From positions 434,001 to 498,000 of the forward strand of contig JAYWIR010000023.1 of assembly GCA_036172245.1 (NCBI GenBank): 64,000 nt of DNA, given 5' to 3'. The notes under the pieces are model-generated. The model saw only the letters and a program-made list of their open reading frames with translations. It was not told where the DNA came from and made no database searches. Source of the DNA: Raillietiella orientalis (taxonomy: Eukaryota). Positions 11,973 through 24,967 of this stretch are shown in pieces (the first letter of the stretch is position 1; every line of letters starts with the position of its first letter). Position numbers and translations under genes: made by a program.

Positions 11973-14900
11973 CCGCAGGCCTCCATCCTCGCAGGCATCG
12001 CGCCTCGGCGACAACAACAAACGATGCAGGTGAACTCTGCTGTTCCGCATTCCAGCGACCCCATTTCGAGGAAGACGCAACTAATGAGGGTGGGCATCCA
12101 TCTGGTCACCGCGGTGAGGACGCACGCGCTCGGCGCGCTGTTGTGTCGACAGCGGTCGCTGCTGCTTGCGGAAAACAGTCGGGCGGAGACTGGCCGGACA
12201 GCGAGAGCAGTTCAGGCGCGTCTGTTTTCACAAAAGAGTGAGGGGGGAGGGCCGTCCCAACCCCGTTCGCCGGCGTGTCTGGAGCGTCGAGGTCGAAAAG
12301 ACCGGAGTCCCGCACCAGCTTCGGCCCTCTGCGCGCCTCTTCGCCATCGGCTTCCGACCCTTTTCGCCTCGAAAAGCCCTCGACGAGGGGGGGTAGGAAA
12401 GAAGCGCAGGCGGCGGCGAGTCCGGGAATCACCCTGGTCTCCCTCCCCTTCACCCCTTCCACTTTCTTCCGTCCCCTCCCTCCCGCACCCCCTTTCTTCG
12501 CTGGTCTGTTCCGAGGGGGGGTACAGACGGATGCTGCTCGTGATCCCGACCTTCTCATAAAGTAAGGAAGAGTTGGGCCGCGGAGCACTGATGTTCTCGG
12601 CCTCTCTCGCCCCACAGCCATCCCCGAAGCGCTGGCGGGGCTCTTTCGCCTCCGCGCCCTCTTTCCGTCGGGGGGCGCTCCAGGTCCTTCCCGAGTGCAG
12701 GAAGTCCACCACACCCTCCAGAGCCCGGCATGTCCATCTACCTCCGGTCGAGCATGAAAACCGGCAGGAGAAGGGAGAGGGGAGGGGCATGCTGGGTATC
12801 GCGACCGGCTCCTCCAGGATCAGATCTCTTCCCTCCCACCCTCCTCCGCCGGGAGATGAATTTTGCTGCCGCTGAAAAGGCGAAGGCCCATTGACTGGGA
12901 CCCAGGTAGCGGGACTCTCTCCGAAAGATGGGGCGGAAGGGGAGGAGGACGAGGTGCCTTAGGGGACACTACCCTCGCAGTCGCGACACGCAGGGTCGAG
13001 ACCGGGCCCCCCGCTAGGGAGATCCGCTCTGGGCGCCGGTTGCCCAGAGACGCGTCTGGAGGGTCTTCCGTGCGGCGAACAGGCACGAGAACCCCCAGCA
13101 CCAAAGTGCTGGTTCCTGCCGCCGCCACGGGGGAAGGGGATGGGGTTGCAGGCGCAGGAAGAGCCCGCGGGACCTCGAGCGCGCCCCTGGAGGTGCCGCA
13201 TCTGTATGGAGAAAGACCCAAGGTGACGCGAGTCGCCACGGAAGAGGAGGGCCTCTCTACATCTCCGCCGGGGTCTCGTCGGGTCGAGGCCCAAAGAGAT
13301 TCCAGAGGGAGGAGGTAACCCCAGTGGGTCTCCGGAGGAGCGGCTCTGGATCGCGAATTTCGGTCTCCCTGGAAACGTCGTGAGCGTCCGCGGAGCAGTT
13401 CCCCTGGCGGCGACCCCGAGAAGCTTACCGCGGAAAGAGAGCGATCAGCAAGAGGACTGCAAAGAGGGGTCACCCCGCCGCCGGCGGCGACGATGGCGGC
13501 CGGCTGTAGCACGTACCACGGACAGCCGTTCCCGGATGCTGGTCCGCCTCTTTGTCCTCCCTCCTGGAACCTATGTCGTCCTGGTTCCATCGGTGGTGCG
13601 CTGCCCTGCGGGCGAGAAAGCTCACGTCTATCCCTCGTCTGGAGTGAGAGGCGGGCGTTTTCGGAGTCGTCTCCTCCGTGGACTGCGGCGGGGGGAGTCT
13701 CTCAGTGTTACCAGACGAGAGTCTCTCCCCTCGTCCTTCTTGCAACGCGGGCATGCCCACGCGCGGCTCGCGTTTCAGTCGCTGCCTTTCCTGGAGAGGG
13801 CTGGGAATTTGCGCATGTGCACCCGCGCTCAGGAGAACAGGATAAATTCAGACGGTGTGCGCCGCGCGCACCGCCGTGCGTACGTTTCCCGAACCTCCCT
13901 CGCCATCACTGCCCGCCAAATATTAGGGTCGAGCGGGCGTCCCTGACTGTGCGCCGCGCGCGGGAACGAGGGCGTCGCAGCACGTCAGCAGGCAAGGTTT
14001 CGCTTTTGTCTCCAGGGCGCGTGCGCGCGCGCACACTCGGCGGAGAGGTGCGCCGTGACACGCGCCCTCACCACTGTCGGCGGGGCTCTCGCCGCGTGCT
14101 CGCAGGCTGCGAGTGATCGGGGTCTCCCGAACTTGGGAAACCGGCGAACCTGGGATTGTCTTGCGCGTCCCTCTGGCAAGCTCGGTACTGAGCTCGCCGG
14201 AGAGAGAGCGAAGAGGAGCAGCGGCCCTCCCTTCAACGCCAGCAGCGGAAAGGTTGCCGCGGAAGCTGCGGGAGGACTCCCTCGTCCGCGGGGTGCCGGA
14301 ACCTGCGAGGGTTCCCCGGGGACGTAGGACCTCTATCTGCGGACGAATCACCTGGGAGGCGAGGGGTCAGGTGGTGGTGGTCTTTGGAGGAAGTTCCCTG
14401 CACTTGCTCGCCTGCGGCACGAGGTCCCCGGAGGCGGGAAGCCTTGCCGATCGGTGGGCGAAGGCCCGGATCAAAGGTCAAGAGAGAGGGCGAGGCTGCA
14501 GCGGGTCCCCTTCCGTCTCGGCCGGAGACGGCTGGCTCGACAACTGCATCCGATTCTGTGCATCGGTCTGGGAAGTTCCTAGGGCAAGCATTCCGGAAAA
14601 CGGGACACCCAGAAAAAGGGTGCTCGGACCGTATGGAGGGCTTCCCAGAGCGTCCAGGGAACCAAAGGAACGGTTCGTTGGCCGGGCAGGAGCCAGATGT
14701 CCCTGGCACTCGGCAGTCTCCTCCTCTGATCGCACGCCGCCGGACCAACCCAGAACATCCGGTCCCTCTTCTTAGGGAGGCGGGCAGGCCAGCACCGCCC
14801 GCGTCACGGGAGTTTCCTGAGTCTCCGGGAAACCCCCGTCGTCCCGCGTCTGCAGAGCAGTGGTCCCTCGTAACGGGACGGACGGACGCACCTGCCTGCG

Positions 14901-17019
14901 TCCTCCCCCATCCCGTTGCAGGAACTACGAGGGAGGACAAGCAAAGGAGAGAGGGGGGAAATTTCAGGACTGCGGGGCACGTCTTCCTTAAGGGGCGAAC
15001 TCTGGAACGGAGCGCTTCTCCCTCTGACAGTGGGTCCTCGCGTGCCTCTTGCAAGGGAAGCCTTCGGAAAGCAGGGGCCACTGGCCGAGCACGCGAGTCC
15101 TTTTCAAGCTCCCTTTCAGCCTTGGATCTCCGCCTTCATCTGCCACTTTCCCATCACAGGGAAGAGCCTCAGCTTCCCTCCCTCGCTACCCTCTCCTTGC
15201 GCGTATTGCAGCCTCAACCACTTCGGAAGGGTGGCGCTGCCGTAGCTACGAGATGCTGGTCTGCAAGGCGTCCACCTTGCAGCGCTCTGTCGCTGCTGTA
15301 GGTCGCCATTACTTGCTGTGGGCGACCACGCTTTCCGTTCGAATCAGCCAACAGTGACCCGGAGTCTCCTTCGGCACCGACCGCGGACCTTTGACGGGGT
15401 CTCTTGGACATCTCGTGACGTCACCGCCCAGCTGACACAGCGTGGGCGTGGTCTGCGGCCACCCACAGCACCCCTTCATGGAGGACCACGCACACACCGC
15501 CACCACCTGGTCCTTTCCAGCTTCATCGCATCCAGGGTAGCTAGAGAGGGCACGAGTGCGGAAAATTTCAGAGGGTAGGGTAGTCTCCTGTGCTGGACTC
15601 TGCAGACGGAAACACGAACCAACGAGAGGGTTCCTATCCTTGCTTTACGAGATGAAGCTTCTGCGCTCTCCACTCTGAGAATCCGCTGAGCTCCTGACGA
15701 GCAGGGAGGGAGAAAGGGGGGGGGCAGGAAAGAAGGAGAGTGACAGGTGTCTTTGCTTCCGATTCGCTCCGAAAGAGATCCGTAGAGTGCAGACGGGGAA
15801 CGGACGGGCGTTTCTCGTCGATGTCCGCTCGTGACGCCTCCTGAAAGGCGAGCCGACATGGTGAAAGAGGAAAGAACGTTCCTTCGAAAGTGATCCCTCG
15901 TGGCTCCTGGTTTTTCGCAGAAAAAGAATGGACTGCTCTCGCCTCCGGGTTCGAAACGACCTGAAAAGGAAACGAAACGAACCGGAAGGTATCCAGGAAA
16001 CGGGAACCGAGCTTGAAGATTCCAGCTCACCAGGTGTTCTTTCGGACTGGAGTGACAGCAAACGATCCAAGATGCACTAGCGTGCAGGTGTGTGTCGACA
16101 CTTTCCAACGCCCTCATCTGAGTATGTGCACTTGCGCTACCGTCATCGGCAAGCAAGGAAAGACGAGAGAGTCCACCTCCTCTTGTTGTCCTAGCACGCT
16201 AGTCCACGCTCCCCCTCGTCACAAAGTACCTCGGGCAGCATGTGTGTGCCAAAGGATATTCTGTCGTTTCACCGGCGAGAGACGGGAGGTGACGCCGAAG
16301 CGAGACACACTCCCGTGCCTTGAGCAGCCGTTCTCAACCAGATGCTGCAGCCTAAGATCCCAGAGGTCATCTACTGAGCCAAAGGCGATGAAGTGCTACT
16401 GCTGCTTTCCCCGTGCAAGCGGAATGTCTCATCCTCATCGGGAGAGCTAAGGCACACCGAGTTTTCCTTGCTTGGCCAGACTGCAAGGTTTCACGGAGGG
16501 ATGTCGACAGCTCTCGATATCACAAACACTTTTAGTACTGGCAGCACCTCCGAGAGAATGGGTGGGAATCGTAATGAGATCGTGCATGATGCGAAAGCAT
16601 CGCGCCAACTCGTACGACAGGTCTTCGTGTCAGGAAAAAAGAGAAAGTAACCTCAACAGTTCAGACAGAGCAACGCGGGACGACGCAAAAAAAAAAGGCA
16701 CAGCCAACCGCGGAAACCCTGCACGGAGGATACCACATACCAATCTGGGAGTTTGTTTCCCTTTAAAAAGGGATTTTTTTTTTTTCCTTTCGTTTTCAGT
16801 TTCCTCGTCTCGGTGGCTTCTTCCATCTGGTAATCACGTTCGGGTGTGGGACTGTGCCAAGTGGCCATTTTAATATTCCACATGTGCAGCACAACATTTT
16901 GCCTTACACGACTAGGATGAATGACAACTTAAGATTACATGCTTGCGTATAGCAATGATGCTGTGTGCGGGACGGCTGGCAGCACTTCTTCGGCAGTTCA
17001 CGAAAGCGCCACAGATGCT

Positions 17020-17260
17020 GTCACCTGGCAAAGCAAGCTAGGCTCATCACCTGGGCTTTCAGATGTGTGCCGGGAGGAACACAAAAGGAAAGAATCCTCT
17101 TGCAGGAAGTGGAGGCGCTGGGTTGATGTCATGCTAGCCGCTCGATCCATCCACCGCAGAAGGCATGGCCGCTTCCACTCCACCCAGCTCCCCCATCTTG
17201 GAAGTTTGTCGCCAACGGTCCATTGGCGTAGATGAAAATGCTCTCAGATTGCGGCCCGCT
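17020..17260 (-). mobile_element. Degenerate RNase H remnant of a non-LTR retrotransposon (I/R1/LOA-like)
   Basis: IFIYANGPLATNFQDGGAG resembles IYTDGS...GGAG, followed by FLPAHI*K/PGDE, which resembles WIPAHxGIPGNE. It lies in a lower-GC patch inside the GC-rich domain. Confidence 0.4.
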
Positions 17261-20200
17261 GCCTCGGGAAAGGGTAGTTCGTGGTGCCTGCTGGCCATGA
17301 CGAAAACGTTTTGCTGGACAGGAAAGCTAGGGTTGGTTGGCGCCAGCATCAATTTTTAATGATGTTTTAATATGTCAGAGGGCAAAAAAGAAAAAAGGCA
17401 CGAGAACGATGACGTTCACAGATCAAGAATCCAAATGTACAAACAGGATTTTTCAAAAAGAAAGTTTCCGTCCGTCTTGACTGACCGTCTGATTATGGAA
17501 GCTCTTGTTTTCAAAGCTTTCTGTCATGAGAGTTTGGGTGCCCAACGGCGGAATTTACGCATATCCATAAAGACCTTTGGTCACGTGACTCAAACGCCGT
17601 ATCAGTTCCGGATAGTGCATTATATTTAGACTTCTTCAGCAAATCATTCCGGGATTTCTGGCCTCATCAGTGTCCAAGGTAAACAAAGGATGCACGTAAA
17701 AGCAGCTGGCACTCGGTACTCCACGATACCTCATGTATTCACAGAACTATTATAAAAAAAATTGGGTCTTCGGAAGAATCCATTCTGAAGCAAGCGGGCC
17801 ATATCCCTATGGTAATCTGCCATACTGGCATTCATTCAAAGGCACCCAGTAATTATCGAATATAGGCACACCGTCAGCAAACATATTACGCCAAAAAATG
17901 AAGGAGTGAGAAACAAAACAGGAAAAAAAAGGAGAGGGTGTTACGGTAAGCCCAAGGGCATATCCAAACAAAAAAACGTAAATAATAAATGGTACAGGGC
18001 ACACATTCGTAGAACCTCGAAAGGGTTTCGAAAGTCAATAAAAAAAAAAAAAATCTACGAATACTTTCGCTGCTGTCATCTAGCGGACATGCACGGAAGC
18101 TGAGTACAGTCGCTTAATAATTAATTCGTTTATGCGCTTGCAAGAAAACTGGGGACTCATATATTACTGATTTGAATCATTACCCAGTGATGGTTGATCC
18201 GCGCAGAGAATTGAGATTGTTTAGAAGCAACAATCTCAATTCGGTGCTCTAAACCGGAGTACAAGCTCTCAAGGGGGGCGTGAGACTGTCTTGACTTACA
18301 CACGCAAAGGCAAGTGGTACCTCTTCTCCCAGATGAAAGACGACGCCAATGTACAGACGCATTGTACACGGCGGTTAGAGGCTTTTTTTGAAATACAGAA
18401 TCTCGTGCCTTGGAGTTTGGAGGTAGATGTGGAGGGGGGGGGGGGGATCGCCGATGCGGCAAGACTGCCTTAGCCGGGCCCGCAATGGGAACCACAGAAT
18501 TGGTCACTGGCAGCTGGCAGCTCATGGGAGGCGACCACCGGCTTTATGGTCACGATTTCGGTGCAACCCGAGACTCACCCTGTCTGAAGACACGCACGGA
18601 GCGGGCGCGCGCGAAGCTTCGCTCCTCATGCAAATGCCAGCCCGCAGGAACTGCTCCGGGCAGCTGGAAACGTGCGTTCGGAGCTGGAAAAACCGAGCGC
18701 CGAATCTGCGAGCCGCGCAAGGCGGGGCGGGGAGGCTTTCCCGCCGTTCGCCACACTTTTGGGAGGCGGGAGCGGTCGGACCGAGCGCGCGCCTTCTGAC
18801 GTCGGTCGAACCCTCACCTGCAGAGGACGCGTGGCGGCACGGGAGCGAGGCATGCCTCCGCACGGCGCGAGACGCAAGGAGAGGGCAGAGGGCCGCAGAG
18901 GGCGACTCTTCTGCCTTCCTCCGCAAGCAACAATCGATATTTCCCCGTGCCCAGAATATGCAGATTAGAAGGCATCCCGCAGTTTAATCTCCCGTGCTGA
19001 GGTTATTGATCCCAGGTTATTGATCAATGAACAGCGCCTTTCGCACGCGGGAGACCGAGGCCGGAAAGGGAGGGGGTTCGGCGAGTTTCGAGGAAAAGGT
19101 CGAGGTCTGGAGGGTTGCCGTCATGGGGCTCCTTTGGGTTCCGCTGGTGGAGGGAGACCCTCTGCTCCTCTGTATCCTTGTCGACGGGATCGCCGTTTCC
19201 AAGGGAGATGCCTGCAGAGGAGGAGGACGAGGAAGAGGAAGGGAAGAGGAGGGAACGTAGGAAAATCTCGCGCGCTCCTCCCGCAGCGCGCGGCAGCCAC
19301 CTCTCCGCGGCGGGCCACCGCTGACGGGAGGAGGCAGCACTGCAGCGTGGCTGCCGCCCCCTCAGGCGGCGGGCGCGCGCGCAACCTTGGGTGTCTCCCG
19401 GATTTGGCACGCCCTCCCCGCCGATCTCCTCCCGCTGAGAGAGCACGAAGCGAATGGCTCGCAGTCCTCGATCCTTCTGGGCTTCTCAGGAAGTCGTGTA
19501 GGCTTCACGCAGGCCTCCCTTTTCCCTGAGGAAGCATCCATCGACCATCTCGAGGGAAGAGGAGGGGGTACGCTGGGGTCGTAATCCCTGTCCTCAGGGG
19601 CGCAGGACGGAGTCGGCAAAACCAGGTGGAGCGGCTGCCGAGAGGCGCTGCGATCTTCCCGGAGGCCTTCCCCGGGACGTCTTTTCCGAAGTCTGCGCGA
19701 GCTGCATGTACCGGGCGCTTCCGGGAGAGCTTCCTCCTCCTCCTCCCGCTCCGTCGGCCTCAAGGATAGAGCTTCCCGGATTACCTTGTTCGCCGACCCA
19801 GCAGCGCCAGACGCTCCTGTCGCGCCTTATCAGCCGCCGGTGTTTTTTACCGCCGGGAGACCTCAGATAAGCCGTCTGTACGGTAGAGGGACGGACAACG
19901 CTAGCTGCACCGCCATCCGCTGCCCCCGCCTCCCGGCGTCCCATCCGCTCACGGCTCAGGCACGGGAAGGAGACGATGGGTTGGGGACAACGCCCCAGGG
20001 AAAGCGGAAGCTTCTGGAGGAGGCCGTGGAAGAAAAGAACCGGCCGGTCGCTCCCCGGGAGGGGCGTCCGGGCCAGCTCGAGTTGCGCACTACGCGGACC
20101 CGGGTCTGCCGCCCCCTTTTGCGCGACTCCACCCGTCCCCCCTTTTCCCACATGGATCGTCGGTGCGAGGCCTCTTTTGTGCTTTTTCCCGCTTCCCGTC

Positions 20201-21793
20201 TCGTTCTCTGGGGGGAGCGGTTACCATGGCAAACCTTCCCGGCTGCCACGGACGGGTTCGTCCGCGAGAGGTGCCGTGCGAGGAAGCGCCCGCTGCGCCC
20301 ATCCTCACCTCCGGTGGATGCGGAAGAATGGAGCTCTCGATCTTTCCGCAAGCAGAGCAAGGTTTTCTTGGCAACCAGTGCTTTATGACGTCTACCTTCC
20401 CTTCCAGCCTTCCCGGAGCGGCAATGCCTCCAAAGATGGCGGGAGACAGGCCCCACGGAAATTCACATCGTAGACGCGGAAAGGGGTTGGTCGCCATCTC
20501 GCCGGCAGGGTCGGATCACTGGCCGGCGTGTCACTTGCAAACCGAGGGCTGGGAGGGGAAGATGAAGGGAGATTTCTGGCGGTGTTTGGGAGACTTGGAC
20601 CCCACTCCTCTCCTCGCGTCTTTCGGGAAGGGGCACTCGCAGGGAGGGGCGTGGTGGCGGTGGAACAAAGAAGTCCCCACCCTCAGGCATGCGCGGGCGC
20701 CAAGCTCGCGCGAAGCAGCAGGTGCAGCGACCTGCGCCTGCGGGGACACACGTCCGCGTCTTAGCTACCGACCCCAAGAGCAGAGTCTCTCACGCCCTTG
20801 GCCCATTCCTTCGGGAATGCAGCGCAGCGGTGCTGCCGCACAATGCCCTGGGGACTGTCCGCTTCGCTCGCGCTGGGAAGCCTCTGAAAAGTGTCGCTTT
20901 TGCTTGCCTCTCCCATCGTGGAGCGGAGGGTGGGGCGGGCGGGCGGGAGGAAGTGGGAAGGAGACCGGCCGCAGTCGTGGAAGCGGAGGGAGCCCCTGGA
21001 GGAGGAGGAGGAGGCGAGGAAGCCTTCTCGAGGATGGGCGCGCGCCTACGCGGGAGACGAACGGATCGGGAGGCGCACCCGTCTCCGCGGCGGTGGTCAG
21101 GCCCCAGGTCTCCTAGACTGCCTCGCGTGCCAGGACGGATGACGTTCCCGAACGTCGTCGCCTTCCTCGTGGTCCCTGTCGGTTAGGCCGGAGCCGCTTC
21201 GACCATGACTCGCCCGTGGTTCCACCGGGAAACGGGGAAAGCAAGCACTCTTCCTTCCCCGGCGCGCTTCCGCGTGCCAGCACCGGGCGGAGTCCGCCCT
21301 CTACCCACGCCGTGAAGGCGTGCTGCTGGGACGAAGGGGGGAGAAGTGGGTAGGAGGAGGATGACAGGGAGAGGCAGCACAGCAGGCGAGCTTTCCTCCC
21401 TGCTGAGAGGGGGTGGCGCTTCCCCGCGTCCGACCCCCTGCTTCTCTCCCAGGAAAAGCGGTTCCCGGCTGCGGCGGGAAGATATGCGGAGTCCGGGATG
21501 AGTGTAGATCTCTTTTATTGGCGGCGGCGGGAGTGCGTCCGTGCGGGCGAGGGCGGGAGGCGGGCCACGAGGGGGCTGATGCTGCCTCCTCCACCACCCG
21601 GGAATGCCTTCTGCATCTCCTCTTCCTCCTCCTGCCGTATCTCTTCCTCTTTTTCCTCCTCCTTCCCGCGAGCTGCGCCTCCGAAGGGGGTGGCGGCGCC
21701 GGCTCTCCCTCCTCCCACGCGTTTTGCAGCCAGAGACTCCGCTCGGGCGTGGCAATCGCCCCTCGGTAGCGGTCGCCCCGGCTTCCTGGTGCG

Positions 21794-24700
21794 TCAGGAT
21801 GCCGCGCTCTGCTTCCGAGCGGCCTTCCTGGCCTTCTTGATGCGGCTCGCAACGGCCGCCACCAGCGCGGCGCCGCGCCCGGAGCCATCCTCGGACAGCA
21901 TCAAATTGAACTGGAAGAGAGAGGGAAGTGGAGGAGAGGGAGGGAAAGGGGCGGTCCCACTCCCCCAGAGAGGCAGGATTTCTCCCGCTCCGCGGTTAGG
22001 TCCAAACCTCCCGAGGATGGACGGGGCGCTCCGGGCCCAACGGAAGGGGGGGGGAAAGGGGGTACCTGTAGTCCCGGTTTGATGAGGTCCCGGATGTTGC
22101 GCACCATCAGGTTGTGGAAGTGGGGGTGGAAGCGGTAGACCGACCCGTCGACGGCCACGGTGACCCGGGGCTGGTTGACGCGGTTGACGAGCACAGCCAC
22201 GCCTGGGGGCGAGGGAAGGACAGCCATGCGGCGTGGGGGAGGCGCGAGGTGACAGACGGAGACACCTACCGGCCGACACTATGGCCGCAGCCCTCTTCGA
22301 CACGAACTCGCAGACCAGGCGCACGAGCTCGCAGTCCTCGTCGCTGACCCCGTCGATGTCCAACTCGTCCTCCAGCACGTTGCGCGTGTTCTCGCAGCTA
22401 TCAGGGAGGTCGCTGGAAGCAAAGAGGAGGCGTGAACACCCGCATCGTCAACATTCCTGGGGGTAGGGGGCGGCGGCGGATCGCTCCCGCACGGAGGCGC
22501 CACCAGCGCACCGGCAGCGGGAAGAGGAAGGAAGAGTGGGGCGGGGGCGGCGGAGGAGAAGGAGGAGGCAGTCACGGACAGGGTAGAGGGGCCACATTAA
22601 CCTTTCGATCTCCGAGACGAACTTGGTGAAGAAGGAGTTGGGCTCGAGCAAGGCGTCCGTCTGCAGGCCCTCGAAGATCAACCCTCTGGTGGCCAGGTCG
22701 ACGAGCACCACGCGGACGAGCTCCCCCATGTACATTCCGGAGATCATCTTCTCGAACCTGGGAGGGGCGGTGGTTATAGGGGGACCAGTGGGGGCCGGAG
22801 ACTCCCCGCCGGTCGATACCCACAGCTGCTTCCCCGGGTTCAGGGAGCCTTCGTCCACCTGCCGGTCGTAGTCAGTGCGGATGAACTCGAGGCAGCCGTT
22901 CTCCCCCAGGGCGCCCCACTCGGTGTTGATGATGACCTGACAGGGTACCTCCCTGTCTCCCGTCCACAGATCCACCCTGTCCAGCTTCTCCATGTAGCAC
23001 GCGTTGGAGCCCGTGCCTGCGGCGCAGGGGGAGGAAGGCTCCCGTGAGGCGAGATGGCGGGCGGGGAGGGGCACGTGCGCGGCGCGCCCTCACCTATGAT
23101 CACCCCAATCAGGCAGTTGCGGTTCAGCCAGGCGCACGACATGAGGCAGCCCGTGGTGTCGTTGAGCATCGCGCACACCTCGATGCGGATGTCCTGGAAC
23201 GGCAGCGGAGGTGTCGCAGTGTCGTCCGATGGGGAAGGGAAGGAGGAGCAAGAAGAAAGGGAAAGTAAAGAGAGAAAAAGAGGAGGGAAAGAAAGACGGA
23301 AAAAGCCCCCACGAGCGAGTTCCTCCAGAAGGGACACGCCCTCTGGCGAACGGGAGGGGGCGGAGACCGGGGTTTTCCCGAAAGCCAACTCTCCCGGAGG
23401 AATCCGGGAAGGACAGAGGCCTCTCCTCCTTCGGTTCCTGGGAGGGAGAGGGGCAACGGTGGTGCAGCGGCCCTCGGTCTCCCCCTCCGGGGGCCGCGAA
23501 GGGGGGGGGGACCGGGTTGCTCACCTTGCGTTTGGCAATGGAGTGCTTCAGCAGCTCCACGACGTCCTCGCCCTCGACGCCGCTGCATTTGAACCCTTTT
23601 GTCCACTTGACCAGCCTGGCCTTGGTGAGACCCTCCTGCTCGCAGGGGAAGCTGAATGTGAAGCCCAGGGGCAGCTTCTCATTGACGATGTTCTCGTCGG
23701 TCACGAAGTCGGCCAGGCACTCGGCGATGTGGTCGAAGAGCTGCGGGAGGAACGATGGTAAGGTGAAGGAGAGCCCTCGGCGCCCTTTGACGCATTTCCC
23801 CCCCGCGCCCTCCGCATAGCGTCCTGCCCGCTCACCGCTTCTCCCGTGCCCAGCATGATCTTCGTGGGTATGGCGAAGATCTTCGAGGACATCTGGAACT
23901 TCCCCTCGCCGAGGATGATGAGCAGAACCCGGAAGTTCGTTCCTCCCAGGTCGAGGGCGAGGAACTTGCCGGTCTCTGGAGGACACCGAGAAAGAAAGGG
24001 AGAGGGGGGGGAAGGGTAAGAGACGTTCGGACGCCGCAGGGCACGGGGAGAAGGGAGGGAACCCTGTCTCGTCTTCTCGGGCGCGTGCGCTCCCTTTCTC
24101 CTTTCTCTCCCCCCCGGCGGTCACCGCCATCCAAGCTTCGGAAGGAGGACTTGCTGACCTCTTCCTCCTCGGGTGGTTTGGGGGACCCTAGCAGCTTCTA
24201 GGTCATACCTTGAGGGCGAGGGTGCCATGGGGAGCGCATCGCTCGCGGGGAGGAAGGCTCCAGGAAAAGATCTCCAGGACCCTTCCTTTCCGGGAGAATC
24301 CGTGTTAAGAAGACCGGTTCGAGGAGGGACGCACCTCCTCTTGTGGGGTGGGAAGTCTGGGTGTGTGGGGTCGAAAATAAGTCGGAGAGGCGCGGGAGGA
24401 AAAACAGAATAGGACAGTGGCGTGACCCCGCGACCGGTCCGGGAGCTCGAGCCGTCCCTTCGCTCTTCGGAAAGTGTCAGGCAGGATTCGCCGGACCCGT
24501 CCGCCGGCTTCCGCAGAGGGCCTCGAGGTCCCGCAGGCCTCTGCTCCTCCTCCCTGCCCCGGGGGTCTTCTGCACTGCCCCCAACGCGGCGCGCCCAGAA
24601 GAAAGGGGAGGAGGAAGGGGAAGCGGGCGGGCACGGCGGGGAGGCTCCGCTCCTCCTTCCTCTCGCCGCCTCCCCCTCCTCCCTCGTGTTTCCTCTCCAA

Positions 24701-24967
24701 ACTCGGCGTTTGACTCGTCTCACGTGACCGCTTCGCGGGCCGCGATGCAGAGTTGCGCGGCCGAGAGGCGGGGGGGGGGGAGAAGTGAGGGAAAAGGGCC
24801 TGACCACGTCCGTTGGGCAGCTCTCGCACGAAGGTCGGGAAGCATTTGACCGATGACTTCTCGTGGCGTTCCTGGCTCAGGCCGTCCTCGATCTCTTTGA
24901 GGACGGTGGCGCTCAGCCTCTCGAGCTCCTGCTGGCTGAGTACCAGCGGCCTGCAGGCCTCCTCCAC
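21794..24967 (-). CDS. HK: Hexokinase (single ~50 kDa catalytic unit), 5'-partial; exons 24967-24805, 23975-23836, 23740-23525, 23193-23094, 23016-22824, 22757-22602, 22412-22270, 22202-22066, 21910-21794
   Basis: Nine exons total 1365 nt in frame. Signature motifs [78 protein letters not shown] and [15 protein letters not shown]. Confidence 0.96.

Noticed and set aside
17640..17680. Minus-strand CTGATGAGGCC hammerhead-like start (Penelope-type)
   Set aside because: No closing stem II or GAAA follows.
23125..23175. Hexokinase NDTTGC instead of NDTxGT as a sign of a pseudo-enzyme
   Set aside because: The catalytic Asp and all other motifs are intact, and I recall this variant in other arthropod hexokinases.
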